DNA from: an uncultured Puniceicoccaceae bacterium
GTDB taxonomy: Bacteria > Verrucomicrobiota > Verrucomicrobiia > Opitutales > Coraliomargaritaceae
Length of the DNA: 64,000 nt
NCBI GenBank assembly: GCA_913031135.1
Contig: CAJWEH010000001.1
Coordinates: 1,482 to 65,481 of the forward strand
Reading direction: 5' to 3'
Shown here in pieces: positions 20,740 to 31,447 of the stretch. The translations under genes and the position numbers were made by a program. Under the pieces are notes generated by a model. That model ran no database searches and was not told the DNA's origin. It saw only the letters and a list, made by a program, of their open reading frames with translations. Numbering within the stretch: position 1 is the first letter of the stretch; the number at the start of each line of letters is the position of its first letter.

Positions 20740-21837
20740 CTAAATGGAATGAAGGATGGCTTCGCTCATTTCTTTTGTAGAAAGTGCCTTGCCTCCAAAT
20801 GCTATGTCGCCAGTTCGACTGCCCGATGTTACTGCTTTTTCAACTGCTTTCTCGATCGTTTCTGCTGCTTCATTTTCACCAAAGCTGTAACGAAGCATCA
20901 TTGCTGCAGATAAAATTTGAGCACAAGGATTTGCGATTCCCTTTCCTGCGATATCGGGTGCAGTTCCGCCAGAGGGTTCGTATAAGCCAAATGGCAGTCC
21001 AATAGAATTTTTACTAGCTCCTAAACTAGCCGATGCGAGCATGCCGAGAGAGCCACAAATGACGCCCATCTCATCAGAAAGTATGTCTCCAAACATGTTT
21101 TCGGTGAAGAGCACATCAAATTGGTTTGGGTCTCTAGCGAGTTGCATCGCTGCATTGTCGACATACATATGAGAGAGCTCAATTTCAGGAGCATGCTTCT
21201 TGAAATAGTCGGTAACTGTTTTTCTCCATAGTACTGAAGTTTCTAGTACATTTGCTTTATCAACGGAGCAGACTTTTTTTTGCCTGTTTTTTGCGGTATC
21301 GATGGCAACTTTAGCAATGCGTTCAATCTCACTAGTTTTATAGATCATTGTGTCTAGGGCAACAGTTTCACCTGCTTCTTCATAGGTGGATTTGGGCTGT
21401 CCAAAATAAATACCGCCCGTTAGCTCACGGATGCATACAATATCGATTCCCTTAGGGATACGTTCGCTTTTGAGCGGAGAGGCTTCGGCAAGTTCCGAGT
21501 ACAAGAGACCAGGTCTAATATTTGCATAAAGTGAAAAGGCTTTTCGTATGGGTAACAATGCTGCTCGTTCTGGTTGATCTTTTGGGGGCAGGGACTCCCA
21601 TTTCGGACCACCAACTGAACCAAATAAAATAGCATCTGATTCTTCGCAGATGGCTTGTGTTGTTACTGGGAATGCAGTCCCATGGTTATCAATAGCAATA
21701 CCGCCGATGTCGGCAGTTTGGTAGTCGAGTGTGAAGTTGAATCGCTCACCAATAATTTTCAGAATGTCCAATGTCACTGACATGACTTCAGGACCAATTC
21801 CGTCTCCAGGTAATACAGCAAATTTTAAGGATTTCAT
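20740..21837 (-). CDS. leuB: 3-isopropylmalate dehydrogenase
   Basis: LPGDGIGPEV, RELTGGIYFG, DKANVL, NMFGDILSD, APDIAGKGIANP. Confidence 0.97.
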   Translation of the reverse strand: MKSLKFAVLPGDGIGPEVMSVTLDILKIIGERFNFTLDYQTADIGGIAIDNHGTAFPVTTQAICEESDAILFGSVGGPKWESLPPKDQPERAALLPIRKAFSLYANIRPGLLYSELAEASPLKSERIPKGIDIVCIRELTGGIYFGQPKSTYEEAGETVALDTMIYKTSEIERIAKVAIDTAKNRQKKVCSVDKANVLETSVLWRKTVTDYFKKHAPEIELSHMYVDNAAMQLARDPNQFDVLFTENMFGDILSDEMGVICGSLGMLASASLGASKNSIGLPFGLYEPSGGTAPDIAGKGIANPCAQILSAAMMLRYSFGENEAAETIEKAVEKAVTSGSRTGDIAFGGKALSTKEMSEAILHSI

Positions 21838-21862
21838 ATAAATTTTAGTATAGTTTGAACGA

Positions 21863-22747
21863 TTAACCTGAATAGCAAGCCATTAAAGTTTCAGCTATTT
21901 TTGATGGATTCAGTGCAATTTTCACGCCTGCATCTTCCATTGCTTCAAATTTCGCCTCTGCTGTTCCTGCTCCGCTTTCTGAAATGATGGCTCCGGCATG
22001 CCCCATGGTTCGACCCTTAGGTGCTGAAGCACCTGCAATAAATCCTGCTATTGGTTTTGTGACATGCTCTTTTATGTATTTGCAGGCTTCCTCTTCTGCA
22101 TTTCCTCCGATTTCGCCAATCATGATAATGGCTTCGGTTTCAGGATCTTCATTAAATAATTGGATCGCATCTTTTTGTGAGGTTCCATTGATCGGATCAC
22201 CACCAATACCAATACAAGTGCTCTGTCCGAGTCCGTTTTGGGTTAATTGCCAGACGGCTTCGTAGGTAAGAGTTCCCGATCTTGAAACCACGCCGACTTT
22301 TCCAGGCTTATGAATATATCCTGGCATGATTCCAATTTTACATTGTCCAGGAGTGATGATGCCTGGGCAATTCGGGCCAATTAGGCGAGTTTTTACGGAC
22401 GTTTGATTGAGTTTGTGTCGAACTTCAGCCATATCGCGTACGGGTATCCCTTCAGTGATACAAATGACTAAAGGTATTTCTGCTTCGATCGATTCCAATA
22501 TCGAATCAGCCGCGAATGGAGGCGGAACATAAATGACAGAAACATTAGCCCCATACTCTTGAACTGACTCTTTTACGGTATTACAAATAGGCACAGTGTT
22601 TTCCCAGAGCAGTCCACCTTTTCCGGGGGTGACTCCAGCGACGACTTGTGTTCCATATTCAACGCATTGTTGTGTATGAAAAGTGCCCGCTTTTCCTGTG
22701 ATTCCTTGAACGACTAAGCGTGTATCCTTATCGACTAAAATGCTCAT
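21863..22747 (-). CDS. sucD: Succinyl-CoA synthetase alpha subunit
   Basis: [29 protein letters not shown] phospho-His motif. Confidence 0.98.
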   Translation of the reverse strand: MSILVDKDTRLVVQGITGKAGTFHTQQCVEYGTQVVAGVTPGKGGLLWENTVPICNTVKESVQEYGANVSVIYVPPPFAADSILESIEAEIPLVICITEGIPVRDMAEVRHKLNQTSVKTRLIGPNCPGIITPGQCKIGIMPGYIHKPGKVGVVSRSGTLTYEAVWQLTQNGLGQSTCIGIGGDPINGTSQKDAIQLFNEDPETEAIIMIGEIGGNAEEEACKYIKEHVTKPIAGFIAGASAPKGRTMGHAGAIISESGAGTAEAKFEAMEDAGVKIALNPSKIAETLMACYSG

Positions 22748-22768
22748 AATACTATAGTTATTTTGGTG

Positions 22769-23956
22769 TTAAGCGCTAACTTTTTGAGTGATAAATTCAG
22801 CTGCTTCGGCTAAGCTATCTGCTGGTGTCAGCTCTAGGCCACTTTCTTTCAAGATGGCTTTGCCTGCTTCTACATTCGTTCCTTCTAGACGGACGACTAG
22901 TGGCACTGAAAGAGCAACATTTTTAGCAGCGGCGACTATGCCTCGTGCTATAATGTCACATTTCATAATGCCACCAAATATATTGACTAAGATTCCCTTT
23001 ACATTGGGGTCAGAGACAATGATTTTAAAGGCGGCAGTGACTTGCTCTTCATTAGCTCCGCCACCAACGTCTAAAAAGTTGGCAGGTTCACCGCCATAAG
23101 ATTTTATAATATCCATTGTGGCCATAGCAAGTCCTGCTCCATTAACCATACAGGCAATATTACCTTCAAGAGCGATGTAATTTAAATTATATTCGGATGC
23201 CTCAACTTCTTTGGGGTCTTCTTCATTTGTGTCCCTGAGTTCAGCGATGTCTGGGTGTTTAAAGACGGCATTACTGTCAAAACTAACCTTGGCATCGAGT
23301 GCAAAAATAGACCCGTCTTTATCAGTAACCATCGGGTTAATTTCAACCATTTCAGCATTTTTTTCTAAGTACAAGCGATAGAGTCCATATAGTAATTTAG
23401 AAAACGCTTTAACCTGATCACCTTGAAATCCTAATTGAAAAGCAATTGAACGACAATGATGTGCCTTCAATCCAAGATCTTGTGATAATGAGACGCGTAT
23501 GATCTTTTCAGGCGTTTTCTCTGCAACGGATTCAATATCCACACCGCCTTCAGTCGAAGCTATAATGACCGTTTGTGCGCTTTCACGGTCAAGAAGAATG
23601 GCTAGATAATATTCATGATCAATAGTACAGGCTTCTGTAAAGTAGAGCGTCTGAACTTTTCTTCCTTGAGGTCCTGTTTGTTTCGTAACCAGATGGTTGC
23701 CTAACATTTTTAAGGCTGTTTCCTTTGCCTTGTCTTTGGAATCACATAATTGGACGCCACCTTGAAAGCCATCGGTAAAGGTTCCTTTGCCTCGTCCACC
23801 AGCATGAATTTGTGCTTTAACGACGATAAAATCACTAGCATCTAGCGATTCAATGGCAGAATCGATGCCATCTTCGTCGTGAGCAGAGAACCCTTTGGGT
23901 ACTGGTACATTATAATCTTTGAGTAGTTCTTTAGCCTGATATTCGTGTATGTTCAT
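22769..23956 (-). CDS. sucC: Succinyl-CoA synthetase beta subunit
   Basis: MNIHEYQAK (ATG 23956), [28 protein letters not shown]. Confidence 0.98.
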   Translation of the reverse strand: MNIHEYQAKELLKDYNVPVPKGFSAHDEDGIDSAIESLDASDFIVVKAQIHAGGRGKGTFTDGFQGGVQLCDSKDKAKETALKMLGNHLVTKQTGPQGRKVQTLYFTEACTIDHEYYLAILLDRESAQTVIIASTEGGVDIESVAEKTPEKIIRVSLSQDLGLKAHHCRSIAFQLGFQGDQVKAFSKLLYGLYRLYLEKNAEMVEINPMVTDKDGSIFALDAKVSFDSNAVFKHPDIAELRDTNEEDPKEVEASEYNLNYIALEGNIACMVNGAGLAMATMDIIKSYGGEPANFLDVGGGANEEQVTAAFKIIVSDPNVKGILVNIFGGIMKCDIIARGIVAAAKNVALSVPLVVRLEGTNVEAGKAILKESGLELTPADSLAEAAEFITQKVSA

Positions 23957-23973
23957 ATTGATCAACGTTTGGA

Positions 23974-24001
23974 TTTATAATCCATCTATTTGAGATGTCA
24001 A
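23974..24001 (-). promoter_or_regulatory. Putative sigma70 promoter for sucCD
   Basis: Minus strand reads TTGACA-16 nt-TATAAA, ending about 18 nt before the sucC ATG. Confidence 0.45.
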
Positions 24002-24060
24002 AGAGGTCGCAAAAGTGCAACTTAATATGCGCCTTTTTTGTATTTTTTTAAGGAATAATA

Positions 24061-24091
24061 AAAAAGCCCTTATCGAATGATAAGGGCTTTT
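24061..24091 (-). terminator. Intrinsic terminator of fusA
   Basis: AAAAAGCCCTTATC-GAAT-GATAAGGGCTTTT inverted repeat with a U-tract on the minus strand, about 35 nt past the fusA stop. Confidence 0.88.
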
Positions 24092-24124
24092 GAAATATTT
24101 AATCAGTATTCAAGACTTGGGGGC

Positions 24125-26236
24125 TTATTTTCTTTTAGCCTCTTCTCGTTCTTTTGCTTCTTTAATCACTTCTTCAGCAACTGCTTTAGGAGTAGCTGCA
24201 TAGTGAGAGAATTCCATTGAGAATTGTCCTCTTCCTGAAGTCATTGTTCTCAGGTGTCCAATATAGCCGAACATTTCACTCAATGGTGCGTCTGCTTTAA
24301 TTCTGATTCCTGTTGAAGCAGGCTCTTGAGTTTTAATAATTCCTCTTCGTCTATTTAAGTCTCCGATAACATCACCCATATTTTCTTCGGAACAGAAGAC
24401 ATCAATTTTCATAACAGGTTCAAGGATGTCTGGTTTTCCTTTTGGAATAGACTGTCTGTAAGCTGCTTTTGAAGCAATTTCGAAGGCAACTGCTGATGAG
24501 TCAACTGCGTGGAAGGCGCCGTCGGAAAGGGTGACTTTCAGGTCAACGGTTGGATATCCCGCTAGGACACCTTTGTCTAATGATGATTTAAATCCTTTCT
24601 CAACAGCTGGCCAGTACTCTCTTGGGACGTTACCACCAACCACTTTAGATTCAAATTCAAAGCCAGAACCAGGTTCAAGTGGTTCGATTGTATAATCAAT
24701 TTTAGCAAACTGACCAGATCCACCAGATTGTTTCTTGTGCGTGTATGAATCGGTAACTGGTATTGTGAGGGTTTCTCTGTAGGCAACTTGTGGTTTTCCG
24801 ATTTCAGCTTCTACTCCATAAGTTCTTTTCAGAATATCGACTTTAATATCTAAGTGTAATTCACCCATGCCTTTAAGAATGGTCTCTCCAGAATCTTCAT
24901 CCGTTTCGACTTGGAATGATGGGTCTTCCGAAACCATTTTTCCGATGGCAACTCCCAATTTCTCAGCTTGTCCTTTATCCTTGGGTTTAATGGCTAAGGA
25001 AATAACAGGATCTGGGAAAACCATTGGTTCTAAAGTTGCAGGATTAGCTGGGTCACACAATGTATGTCCTGTTTGTACCGATTTCATACCTAGAAGGGCA
25101 ACAATATCACCCGCTTGTGCCGATTCTATTTCACTTCGATCGTCAGCGTGCATTTCAATGATACGACCGATTCGCTCACTTTTGCCGGTAAAGGTATTCA
25201 GTACCGTCATTCCTTTTTGAATCTTACCTGAATATATTCTTGTAAATGTGAGTGCTCCATATTTGTCATCCATAATTTTGAATGCAAGGGCTCTGAGTGG
25301 TTTATTGGGATCCACGATCGCAAATTCACCCGTTTCATTTCCTTCAGGATCAACTTCAGGTTGGGGGTTAATTTCTGTTGGATCGGGCAAATAGTCGACG
25401 ACGGCATCGAGAACTAATTGTACGCCTTTATTTTTAAAAGAAGAGCCACAGTAGGTTGGGAAGAAATTAAGATCTTTTGTTCCTTTTCGTATGCATTTTT
25501 TAATGACATCAATACTTGGCTCATCCCCATTTAGATAAGACTCCATTGCGTCATCGTCTTGTTCTACGGCAGTTTCAATTAATTTTTCGCGCCATTTTTC
25601 AACAGCATCAACCATGTCTTCTGGGACATCCTTGATTTCATAATTCATTGGGTCGCCTGAATCATCCCAAATCCATGCTTTTCGCGTCAGTAAATCAACA
25701 ACGCCTGACAGATCACTTTCTTGTCCAATCGGAAGGACCATCACTAGTGGCGTAGCGGCTAAAACATTTTCTACCTGTTCAACCACTTTGTAAAAATCAG
25801 CACCAATACGGTCGAGCTTATTCACATAGATAAGGCGAGCAACCTTAGATTCATTTGCGTATCTCCAATTTGTTTCAGATTGAGGTTCCACTCCGCCAGA
25901 TCCACAGAACACACCTACGCCACCATCTAAGACTTTTAGCGATCGATAGACCTCAACAGTAAAGTCAACGTGTCCTGGGGTATCGATTATGTTGAATCGG
26001 TGTGGTTCAAATTGATTGTCGCTACCAGACCAAAAGCAAGTTGTAGCTGCTGATTGAATGGTGATGCCACGTTCTTGCTCTTGTTCCATAAAGTCGGTTG
26101 TCGCAGCTCCATCGTGCACCTCACCTAACTTGTGAATCTTTCCTGTTAACTTTAGGATACGTTCAGTTGTTGTTGTTTTACCTGCATCCACGTGTGCGAA
26201 AATGCCGATATTTCTATATTTATTTAGATCTGTCAT
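24125..26236 (-). CDS. fusA: Elongation factor G (stand-alone, outside the str operon)
   Basis: [47 protein letters not shown]. Confidence 0.95.
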   Translation of the reverse strand: MTDLNKYRNIGIFAHVDAGKTTTTERILKLTGKIHKLGEVHDGAATTDFMEQEQERGITIQSAATTCFWSGSDNQFEPHRFNIIDTPGHVDFTVEVYRSLKVLDGGVGVFCGSGGVEPQSETNWRYANESKVARLIYVNKLDRIGADFYKVVEQVENVLAATPLVMVLPIGQESDLSGVVDLLTRKAWIWDDSGDPMNYEIKDVPEDMVDAVEKWREKLIETAVEQDDDAMESYLNGDEPSIDVIKKCIRKGTKDLNFFPTYCGSSFKNKGVQLVLDAVVDYLPDPTEINPQPEVDPEGNETGEFAIVDPNKPLRALAFKIMDDKYGALTFTRIYSGKIQKGMTVLNTFTGKSERIGRIIEMHADDRSEIESAQAGDIVALLGMKSVQTGHTLCDPANPATLEPMVFPDPVISLAIKPKDKGQAEKLGVAIGKMVSEDPSFQVETDEDSGETILKGMGELHLDIKVDILKRTYGVEAEIGKPQVAYRETLTIPVTDSYTHKKQSGGSGQFAKIDYTIEPLEPGSGFEFESKVVGGNVPREYWPAVEKGFKSSLDKGVLAGYPTVDLKVTLSDGAFHAVDSSAVAFEIASKAAYRQSIPKGKPDILEPVMKIDVFCSEENMGDVIGDLNRRRGIIKTQEPASTGIRIKADAPLSEMFGYIGHLRTMTSGRGQFSMEFSHYAATPKAVAEEVIKEAKEREEAKRK

Positions 26237-26411
26237 TGTGTTTTAAAAGAAATGTAAAAAGCGCTTAAAAGTTCGGTTTTGTGCTAATTTAATAAAAATT
26301 CAACTCAAATAATTAAAAAATAAAAATTGCGAGAATAGAAATACCGATTCATTCTGCAAGTCTCGAGTCCGTTTTTTTATTCGATCCTTTTATATCTTTT
26401 TTATTATAGCA

Positions 26412-27872
26412 ATGGCTAGCAACATGAGTTCTCAAAATGAAGCACAATCTGAAAAGCCTTTGATTGCTGTCGCTGGGGCAAGCGGCTTTGTTGGAACGCA
26501 CCTGCGTCGTAAGTTATCTAAAGATTTCAAATTTAAAGCCTTAACGAGAAGCAAATTTATCGCCAAGGGGTCGCCAGATAAGCATTCAACGGTATGGCAT
26601 CAGTGTGATTTGTATTCATTGCCTAAGTTAACGGAGTCGTTAAAAGGCTGTAAATATGGCATTTACCTTGTGCATTCAATGGCTCCTTCTAGTCGTTTGA
26701 TGCAAGGAAATTTTGAAGATTTAGATTTATTGCTAGCAGACAATTTTATACGGGCGGCGGAGGATGCAGGGCTTGAGCATGTGGTTTATTTGAGTGGTTT
26801 GATGCCCGATCAGCCAGTTGAGACCTTTTCTCCACATTTAAAGAGTCGCTATGAAGTGGAGTCGGTTTTAAAGAGTCGATCGGTTAAAGTGACTATTTTG
26901 AGAGCGGGCATTATTTTTGGTCCTGGTGGTTCTTCTTTTTCTATTTTAGTGAACTTAGTTCGCAGGCTTCCACTTATGATTTTCCCAGCGTGGACGCAGT
27001 CATTAACTCAGTCGGTTGATATCAATGATATTTGTCGCGCTTTTGATGCCTGCCTGAAAGAAGAGCAATTTGGTGGTCATACTTTTGATTTAGGAGGTCA
27101 TAAGCCCATGCGCTATGCCGCAATGGTTGAGATGGTTTCAAAACAGCTGAATAGGAAATTCTCCTCTTTCTTTATTCCGTTTAACTTTTTTTATTTTTCA
27201 AAACATTGGTTGTCCGTATTGGGCGGGGTTCCACTTTCTTTGGTTGGTCCGCTCCAACAAAGTTTAACGCATGATTTATCGCCCAAGAAAAACCCTCTAT
27301 CTGAATATCTTAAGGAAGGATTAACGAGTTTTGAAGATTCCTTTGCACTTTCTGTGAATACAGACGGAAGTCCAAAGCCGAATCCAAGAAGTAGCACTCA
27401 GAAATTAGACACTAAAGATTTACAACAAGAATGTAGGGTACGATCAGTCCAAAGAATGCCTCTGCCTGTTGGCTGGAATTCTCAGCAGGTTGCCAGGGAG
27501 TACAGTGAGTGGCTGAATCGTAAATTTGTCGGAATCATTCGAGCTAAGATAAGGGATGATGGGAAAATTCGATTCTATCTATTGGGTAAGATACTTTTGT
27601 TGGAGTTGACCCAAACGCCTTACACATTTTCTAATCTGAGGCGTTGTGCTTTCTACATATCAGGAGGTCTTTTAGTCAAAGGGGTTGAGCCAAAGGGTCG
27701 ATTTGAGTTCCGATTGTTTCCTGAAAATAATTGTTTAATAGCTGCTATTCATGGTTATGCACCTATCTTGCCGTGGTGGATTTATTCATACACGCAAGCA
27801 ATTTTGCACCTTAGAGTGATGCGTTCTTTTGCAAGGCATTTGCAACGCCACAATCTAAATGCACAAAAATGA
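26412..27872 (+). CDS. Atypical SDR / NAD(P)-dependent epimerase (YbjT-like) with C-terminal extension
   Basis: GASGFVG, YLVHSM, SPHLKSRYEVE, LRAGIIFGPGGSSF. Confidence 0.8.
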   Translation: MASNMSSQNEAQSEKPLIAVAGASGFVGTHLRRKLSKDFKFKALTRSKFIAKGSPDKHSTVWHQCDLYSLPKLTESLKGCKYGIYLVHSMAPSSRLMQGNFEDLDLLLADNFIRAAEDAGLEHVVYLSGLMPDQPVETFSPHLKSRYEVESVLKSRSVKVTILRAGIIFGPGGSSFSILVNLVRRLPLMIFPAWTQSLTQSVDINDICRAFDACLKEEQFGGHTFDLGGHKPMRYAAMVEMVSKQLNRKFSSFFIPFNFFYFSKHWLSVLGGVPLSLVGPLQQSLTHDLSPKKNPLSEYLKEGLTSFEDSFALSVNTDGSPKPNPRSSTQKLDTKDLQQECRVRSVQRMPLPVGWNSQQVAREYSEWLNRKFVGIIRAKIRDDGKIRFYLLGKILLLELTQTPYTFSNLRRCAFYISGGLLVKGVEPKGRFEFRLFPENNCLIAAIHGYAPILPWWIYSYTQAILHLRVMRSFARHLQRHNLNAQK

Positions 27873-27931
27873 TGTGATTTGTTTGATTTTTTCCATTGCC
27901 GAATGACTCCGAATCTTTCTTTTTTATAAGT

Positions 27932-29512
27932 ATGGCTAACAATCCTGTTAAAATTTATGATACAACTTTAAGAGATGGTTCTCAAGGAGAGGGTATTTCA
28001 TTTACGGTTGCTGCGAAATTGAGGATCGCCGAAAAGCTGGATCAATTTGGTGTTGATTATATCGAGGGTGGTTGGCCTGGGTCGAATCCTCGTGACGTTT
28101 CTTTTTTTGAAGAGGCGAAACAACTCAATTTGAAACAGGCTAAATTGGTAGCATTTGGTTCAACTCGTAGAGCAAATTTGTCGGTAGAGGACGATCCTCA
28201 AATCAAGCTATTAATCGAAGCAGAAACACCAGTGGTTACTATTTTTGGTAAATCATGGTTGTTGCACGTGACGGAGATTATCAAAACAACTGCAGAAGAG
28301 AACATTCAGATGATTGAAGATTCTGTCCGATATTTAACCGAGCAAGGAAAGGAAGTGATCTACGATGCCGAACATTTTTTCGATGGCTATAAAGATAATG
28401 CAGACTATGCATTAAATACTTTAAAAGCAGCTCAAAGAGGGGGTGCTTCAAATTTAACGCTTTGTGATACGAACGGAGGATGTTTAGTGCATGAGGTGCT
28501 CAAAATTGCTTCTCAAGTGAAAGAAACAATAATCAATACGCCAATAGGGGTTCATTGTCATAATGACTCAGATTTGGGGGTTGCTGTTTCCTTAGCTGGG
28601 ATTGAGGCAGGTGCAGAGTTGGTTCAAGGAACGATCAACGGTATTGGAGAGCGAAATGGTAACGCTAACCTAACTTCAATCATCCCAAATCTCACTTTGA
28701 AAATGAACCGAGAGCTTCATTGCTCAAATAATTTATCAAAACTTCGTTCGCTCTCTTTGTTTGTTGATGAAATGTCGAACCAATCTTCAAATACAAAAGC
28801 ACCTTTTGTTGGATTAAGTGCCTTTGCCCATAAGGGTGGTGTGCATGCAGATGCGGCTGCAAAGGTTAAGCATAGTTATGAGCACATTGAGCCAGAATCC
28901 GTTGGTAATAAAACGCGAGTGTTGGTTTCCGACATGTCTGGGCGTAGTAGTATCATGATGAAGGCAAAGGAAATTGGGCTTGATTTAGATGCTCGGTCCC
29001 CTGAGTTAAAAGCGTTTCTAGGGGAATTGAAAGAGCTTGAATTTAAAGGCTATGAATACGAAGCAGCCGATGCTTCATTGAAGTTATTACTTAATCGTTA
29101 TGTTAAGGGTAAGGAGCGAGAAATTGAATTGCTTGGCTATCGTGTTATGGTCAGTGATCAAGTTTCACTTGGTCGGATTGTCTCTGAAGCATCTGTAAAA
29201 ATTAAAGTTGGTGATAAGGAACATCACACTGTAGCTGAAGCAAGGGGGCCAGTTGACGCTTTAAACGAAGCTTTAACAAAGGCCTTAGCTCCTGTTTTTC
29301 CTGAAGTATTAGACATTCGTCTTTTAGACTTTAAAGTTCGAATACTTGAAAATAAGCACGGTACGGATGCGATCATTCGAGTGCATATAGAATCCACGGA
29401 TGGGGAGGCTATGTGGGGAACGGTTGGTGCAAGTGACAACATCATTGCAGCTGCTTGGGAAGCTTTGGTTGATTCAGTCGAATATAAAATTGAGATGAAT
29501 CAACTAAAATAG
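27932..29512 (+). CDS. cimA: Citramalate synthase (LeuA-related, DRE-TIM family)
   Basis: YDTTLRDGSQGEG, IEGGWPGSNP, YDAEHFFDG, HCHND, AFAHKGGVH, WGTVGAS; ATG at 27932. Confidence 0.9.
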   Translation: MANNPVKIYDTTLRDGSQGEGISFTVAAKLRIAEKLDQFGVDYIEGGWPGSNPRDVSFFEEAKQLNLKQAKLVAFGSTRRANLSVEDDPQIKLLIEAETPVVTIFGKSWLLHVTEIIKTTAEENIQMIEDSVRYLTEQGKEVIYDAEHFFDGYKDNADYALNTLKAAQRGGASNLTLCDTNGGCLVHEVLKIASQVKETIINTPIGVHCHNDSDLGVAVSLAGIEAGAELVQGTINGIGERNGNANLTSIIPNLTLKMNRELHCSNNLSKLRSLSLFVDEMSNQSSNTKAPFVGLSAFAHKGGVHADAAAKVKHSYEHIEPESVGNKTRVLVSDMSGRSSIMMKAKEIGLDLDARSPELKAFLGELKELEFKGYEYEAADASLKLLLNRYVKGKEREIELLGYRVMVSDQVSLGRIVSEASVKIKVGDKEHHTVAEARGPVDALNEALTKALAPVFPEVLDIRLLDFKVRILENKHGTDAIIRVHIESTDGEAMWGTVGASDNIIAAAWEALVDSVEYKIEMNQLK

Positions 29513-29519
29513 GCTTGGA

Positions 29520-29801
29520 TCATCCCTCTAAATCCGACTTAAGGTTTTTTGCTATTTCTTCCTTGATGATGGTTTTATGTTCATCATTGAGAACGGAGTC
29601 TGGGTGTGTGTACTCTAAGATTTCTTCCTCATGCTTTCTGTAATGACAGCAGATGTCTTGGTTTTCCATGACCTGACGATTAAATTTTCCGCAGAAAACA
29701 CAAAGCTTTACATGTAATTGCAAAAACATCCTTTTAACTAATGGAAGCTTTTTATAATCCTTTTGTTGGAGTGATTTAGAAACCTGTTTGCAAGTAAACA
29801 T
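29520..29801 (-). CDS. Zinc-binding anti-sigma factor (ZAS, soluble)
   Basis: TCKQVS...HVKLCVFC (HxxxCxxC) directly downstream of an ECF sigma gene; no TM helix. Confidence 0.8.
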   Translation of the reverse strand: MFTCKQVSKSLQQKDYKKLPLVKRMFLQLHVKLCVFCGKFNRQVMENQDICCHYRKHEEEILEYTHPDSVLNDEHKTIIKEEIAKNLKSDLEG

Positions 29802-29817
29802 ATTTTATTCAAATAGT

Positions 29818-30411
29818 TTATACTGAATCCCTGTTGAGCCACTTTTCTTTCAGTATACCTTTTAGTTGTTCTCTAGCTCTGTGAATCAGAACCCATAGAT
29901 AGTTCGGTGTTATGTCCATAACCTTACAAACTTCTTCAGTTGTTTTATCTTCGAGCATCTTCAATACAAAGGCTTGCTTAATTGGATTTTTTAAGTGGTC
30001 GACACATTCTATAAAGACAGCCCAAAATTCTTTATTATCAAATTGTTTTCTTGGGTTGAATTCCCAAGGGTCTGGGTTCGTAGTAGCAATCCCGCTATAT
30101 TTAAACCACATACTTTCCATTAATGCTTCATCTTCTTGACTAATATCAACGGTTTGCGACTTGATCGATTTTCTAATTTGATCGACAATTTTATTTCGCA
30201 TGATACCTCGAAGCCAAAATTTTATATCTAGGCGACCGTCAAATTTATCTAATGCCTTAATACCCGCCAAGAAGGTGTCTTGTACGCAATCCGCTGCAAC
30301 TTCTGGGTTTTTAAGTCTTGAGAGTGCGTATCTATAAAGATAGTCACCATATAAATCAACCCACTCAGAAGGTTGTTTGATGTTGGAGTTTTCCTTCTCG
30401 ACATTTGGCAT
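29818..30411 (-). CDS. ECF RNA polymerase sigma factor
   Basis: LYRYALSRL..AADCVQDTFL, WLRGIMRNKIVD, region 4 EEVCKVMDIT..LWVLIHRAR. Confidence 0.92.
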   Translation of the reverse strand: MPNVEKENSNIKQPSEWVDLYGDYLYRYALSRLKNPEVAADCVQDTFLAGIKALDKFDGRLDIKFWLRGIMRNKIVDQIRKSIKSQTVDISQEDEALMESMWFKYSGIATTNPDPWEFNPRKQFDNKEFWAVFIECVDHLKNPIKQAFVLKMLEDKTTEEVCKVMDITPNYLWVLIHRAREQLKGILKEKWLNRDSV

Positions 30412-30520
30412 TTAATACAGAATTAATAGTACTTATAAGAGATAGGTCAATACTTGCTTTAAAGGCAGGTACGGTGAATACGTTTACATTGTGGTATATT
30501 TGGCAAAAAAAAACTCCGGC

Positions 30521-31432
30521 ATGGATCGTAAAGCTTCATGGATTATTTGGATTTTTAAGGACGGCAAGCAAGGGCATGAGGCTCAGGTTGACGGACTTGT
30601 GAACGCATTGAGTAAATTAGTCGGCTTGGAAGTGCATACCTTTTCTGTTGAACGGCCTTTTACTGAAAATATAATTAATAGTTTTTCTAAATTCAAATGG
30701 AAGGAGTATCCAAGTCCTGATTTAATAATTGGGGCTGGTCATTCGACACACTTATGGATGCTTTTTGCTCGTTTTAAGTATGGTGGTAAAGTCGTTGTTT
30801 TGATGAAGCCAAGTTTACCGCTTTTCTTATTTGATCTTGCTTTAATTCCAAAGCACGATGTACCAAGCGATTTAAAGAAGGTCGTAGCGACTAGTGGAGT
30901 TCTCAATAAAATTCAACAATCTGTATCTAGTTTGTCAGACCGAGGTTTAATTCTTATGGGTGGAGTATCCAAGCATTATCATTGGGATACGAAGTCAGTC
31001 TACGAGCAAGTGAATCAGTTAGTTGTTAGCAATCCGGAAATTAAATGGGAGCTAACCACTTCAAGGCGAACTCCTGAAGAAACGCTGAATGCGTTGAATG
31101 ACTTAAGATTGAATAATCTTATCGTAACACCCTTTGAAGAAACGGACTCAAATTGGGTCGCACAAAGGCTGAGTATTGCAGGCCGTGTGTGGGTTACAGA
31201 GGATAGTGTTTCTATGGTTTACGAAGCTTTGAGTGCGGGTGCAGAAGTTGGCTTAATTCCTCTGAAGGCTGTTAATCAACAAAATCGTATTGTAAAAGGA
31301 ATTCAGTCATTAAAAAGTGAGGGGCTTACGATTTCTAGTATGCAGTTGAGTTCAACGGCTCACAAATTAAAGGAACCATTTAATGAGGCAAAACGTTGTG
31401 CTCAAATTATTGTCGATCGTTTTTTGAGCTAA
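30521..31432 (+). CDS. ELM1/GtrOC1-family putative glycosyltransferase
   Basis: DGKQGH..Q, PDLIIGAGH.TH, LIPKHD, TTSRRTP, VTEDSVSMVYEA. Confidence 0.85.
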   Translation: MDRKASWIIWIFKDGKQGHEAQVDGLVNALSKLVGLEVHTFSVERPFTENIINSFSKFKWKEYPSPDLIIGAGHSTHLWMLFARFKYGGKVVVLMKPSLPLFLFDLALIPKHDVPSDLKKVVATSGVLNKIQQSVSSLSDRGLILMGGVSKHYHWDTKSVYEQVNQLVVSNPEIKWELTTSRRTPEETLNALNDLRLNNLIVTPFEETDSNWVAQRLSIAGRVWVTEDSVSMVYEALSAGAEVGLIPLKAVNQQNRIVKGIQSLKSEGLTISSMQLSSTAHKLKEPFNEAKRCAQIIVDRFLS

Positions 31433-31447
31433 TTACATAAGAATAAA

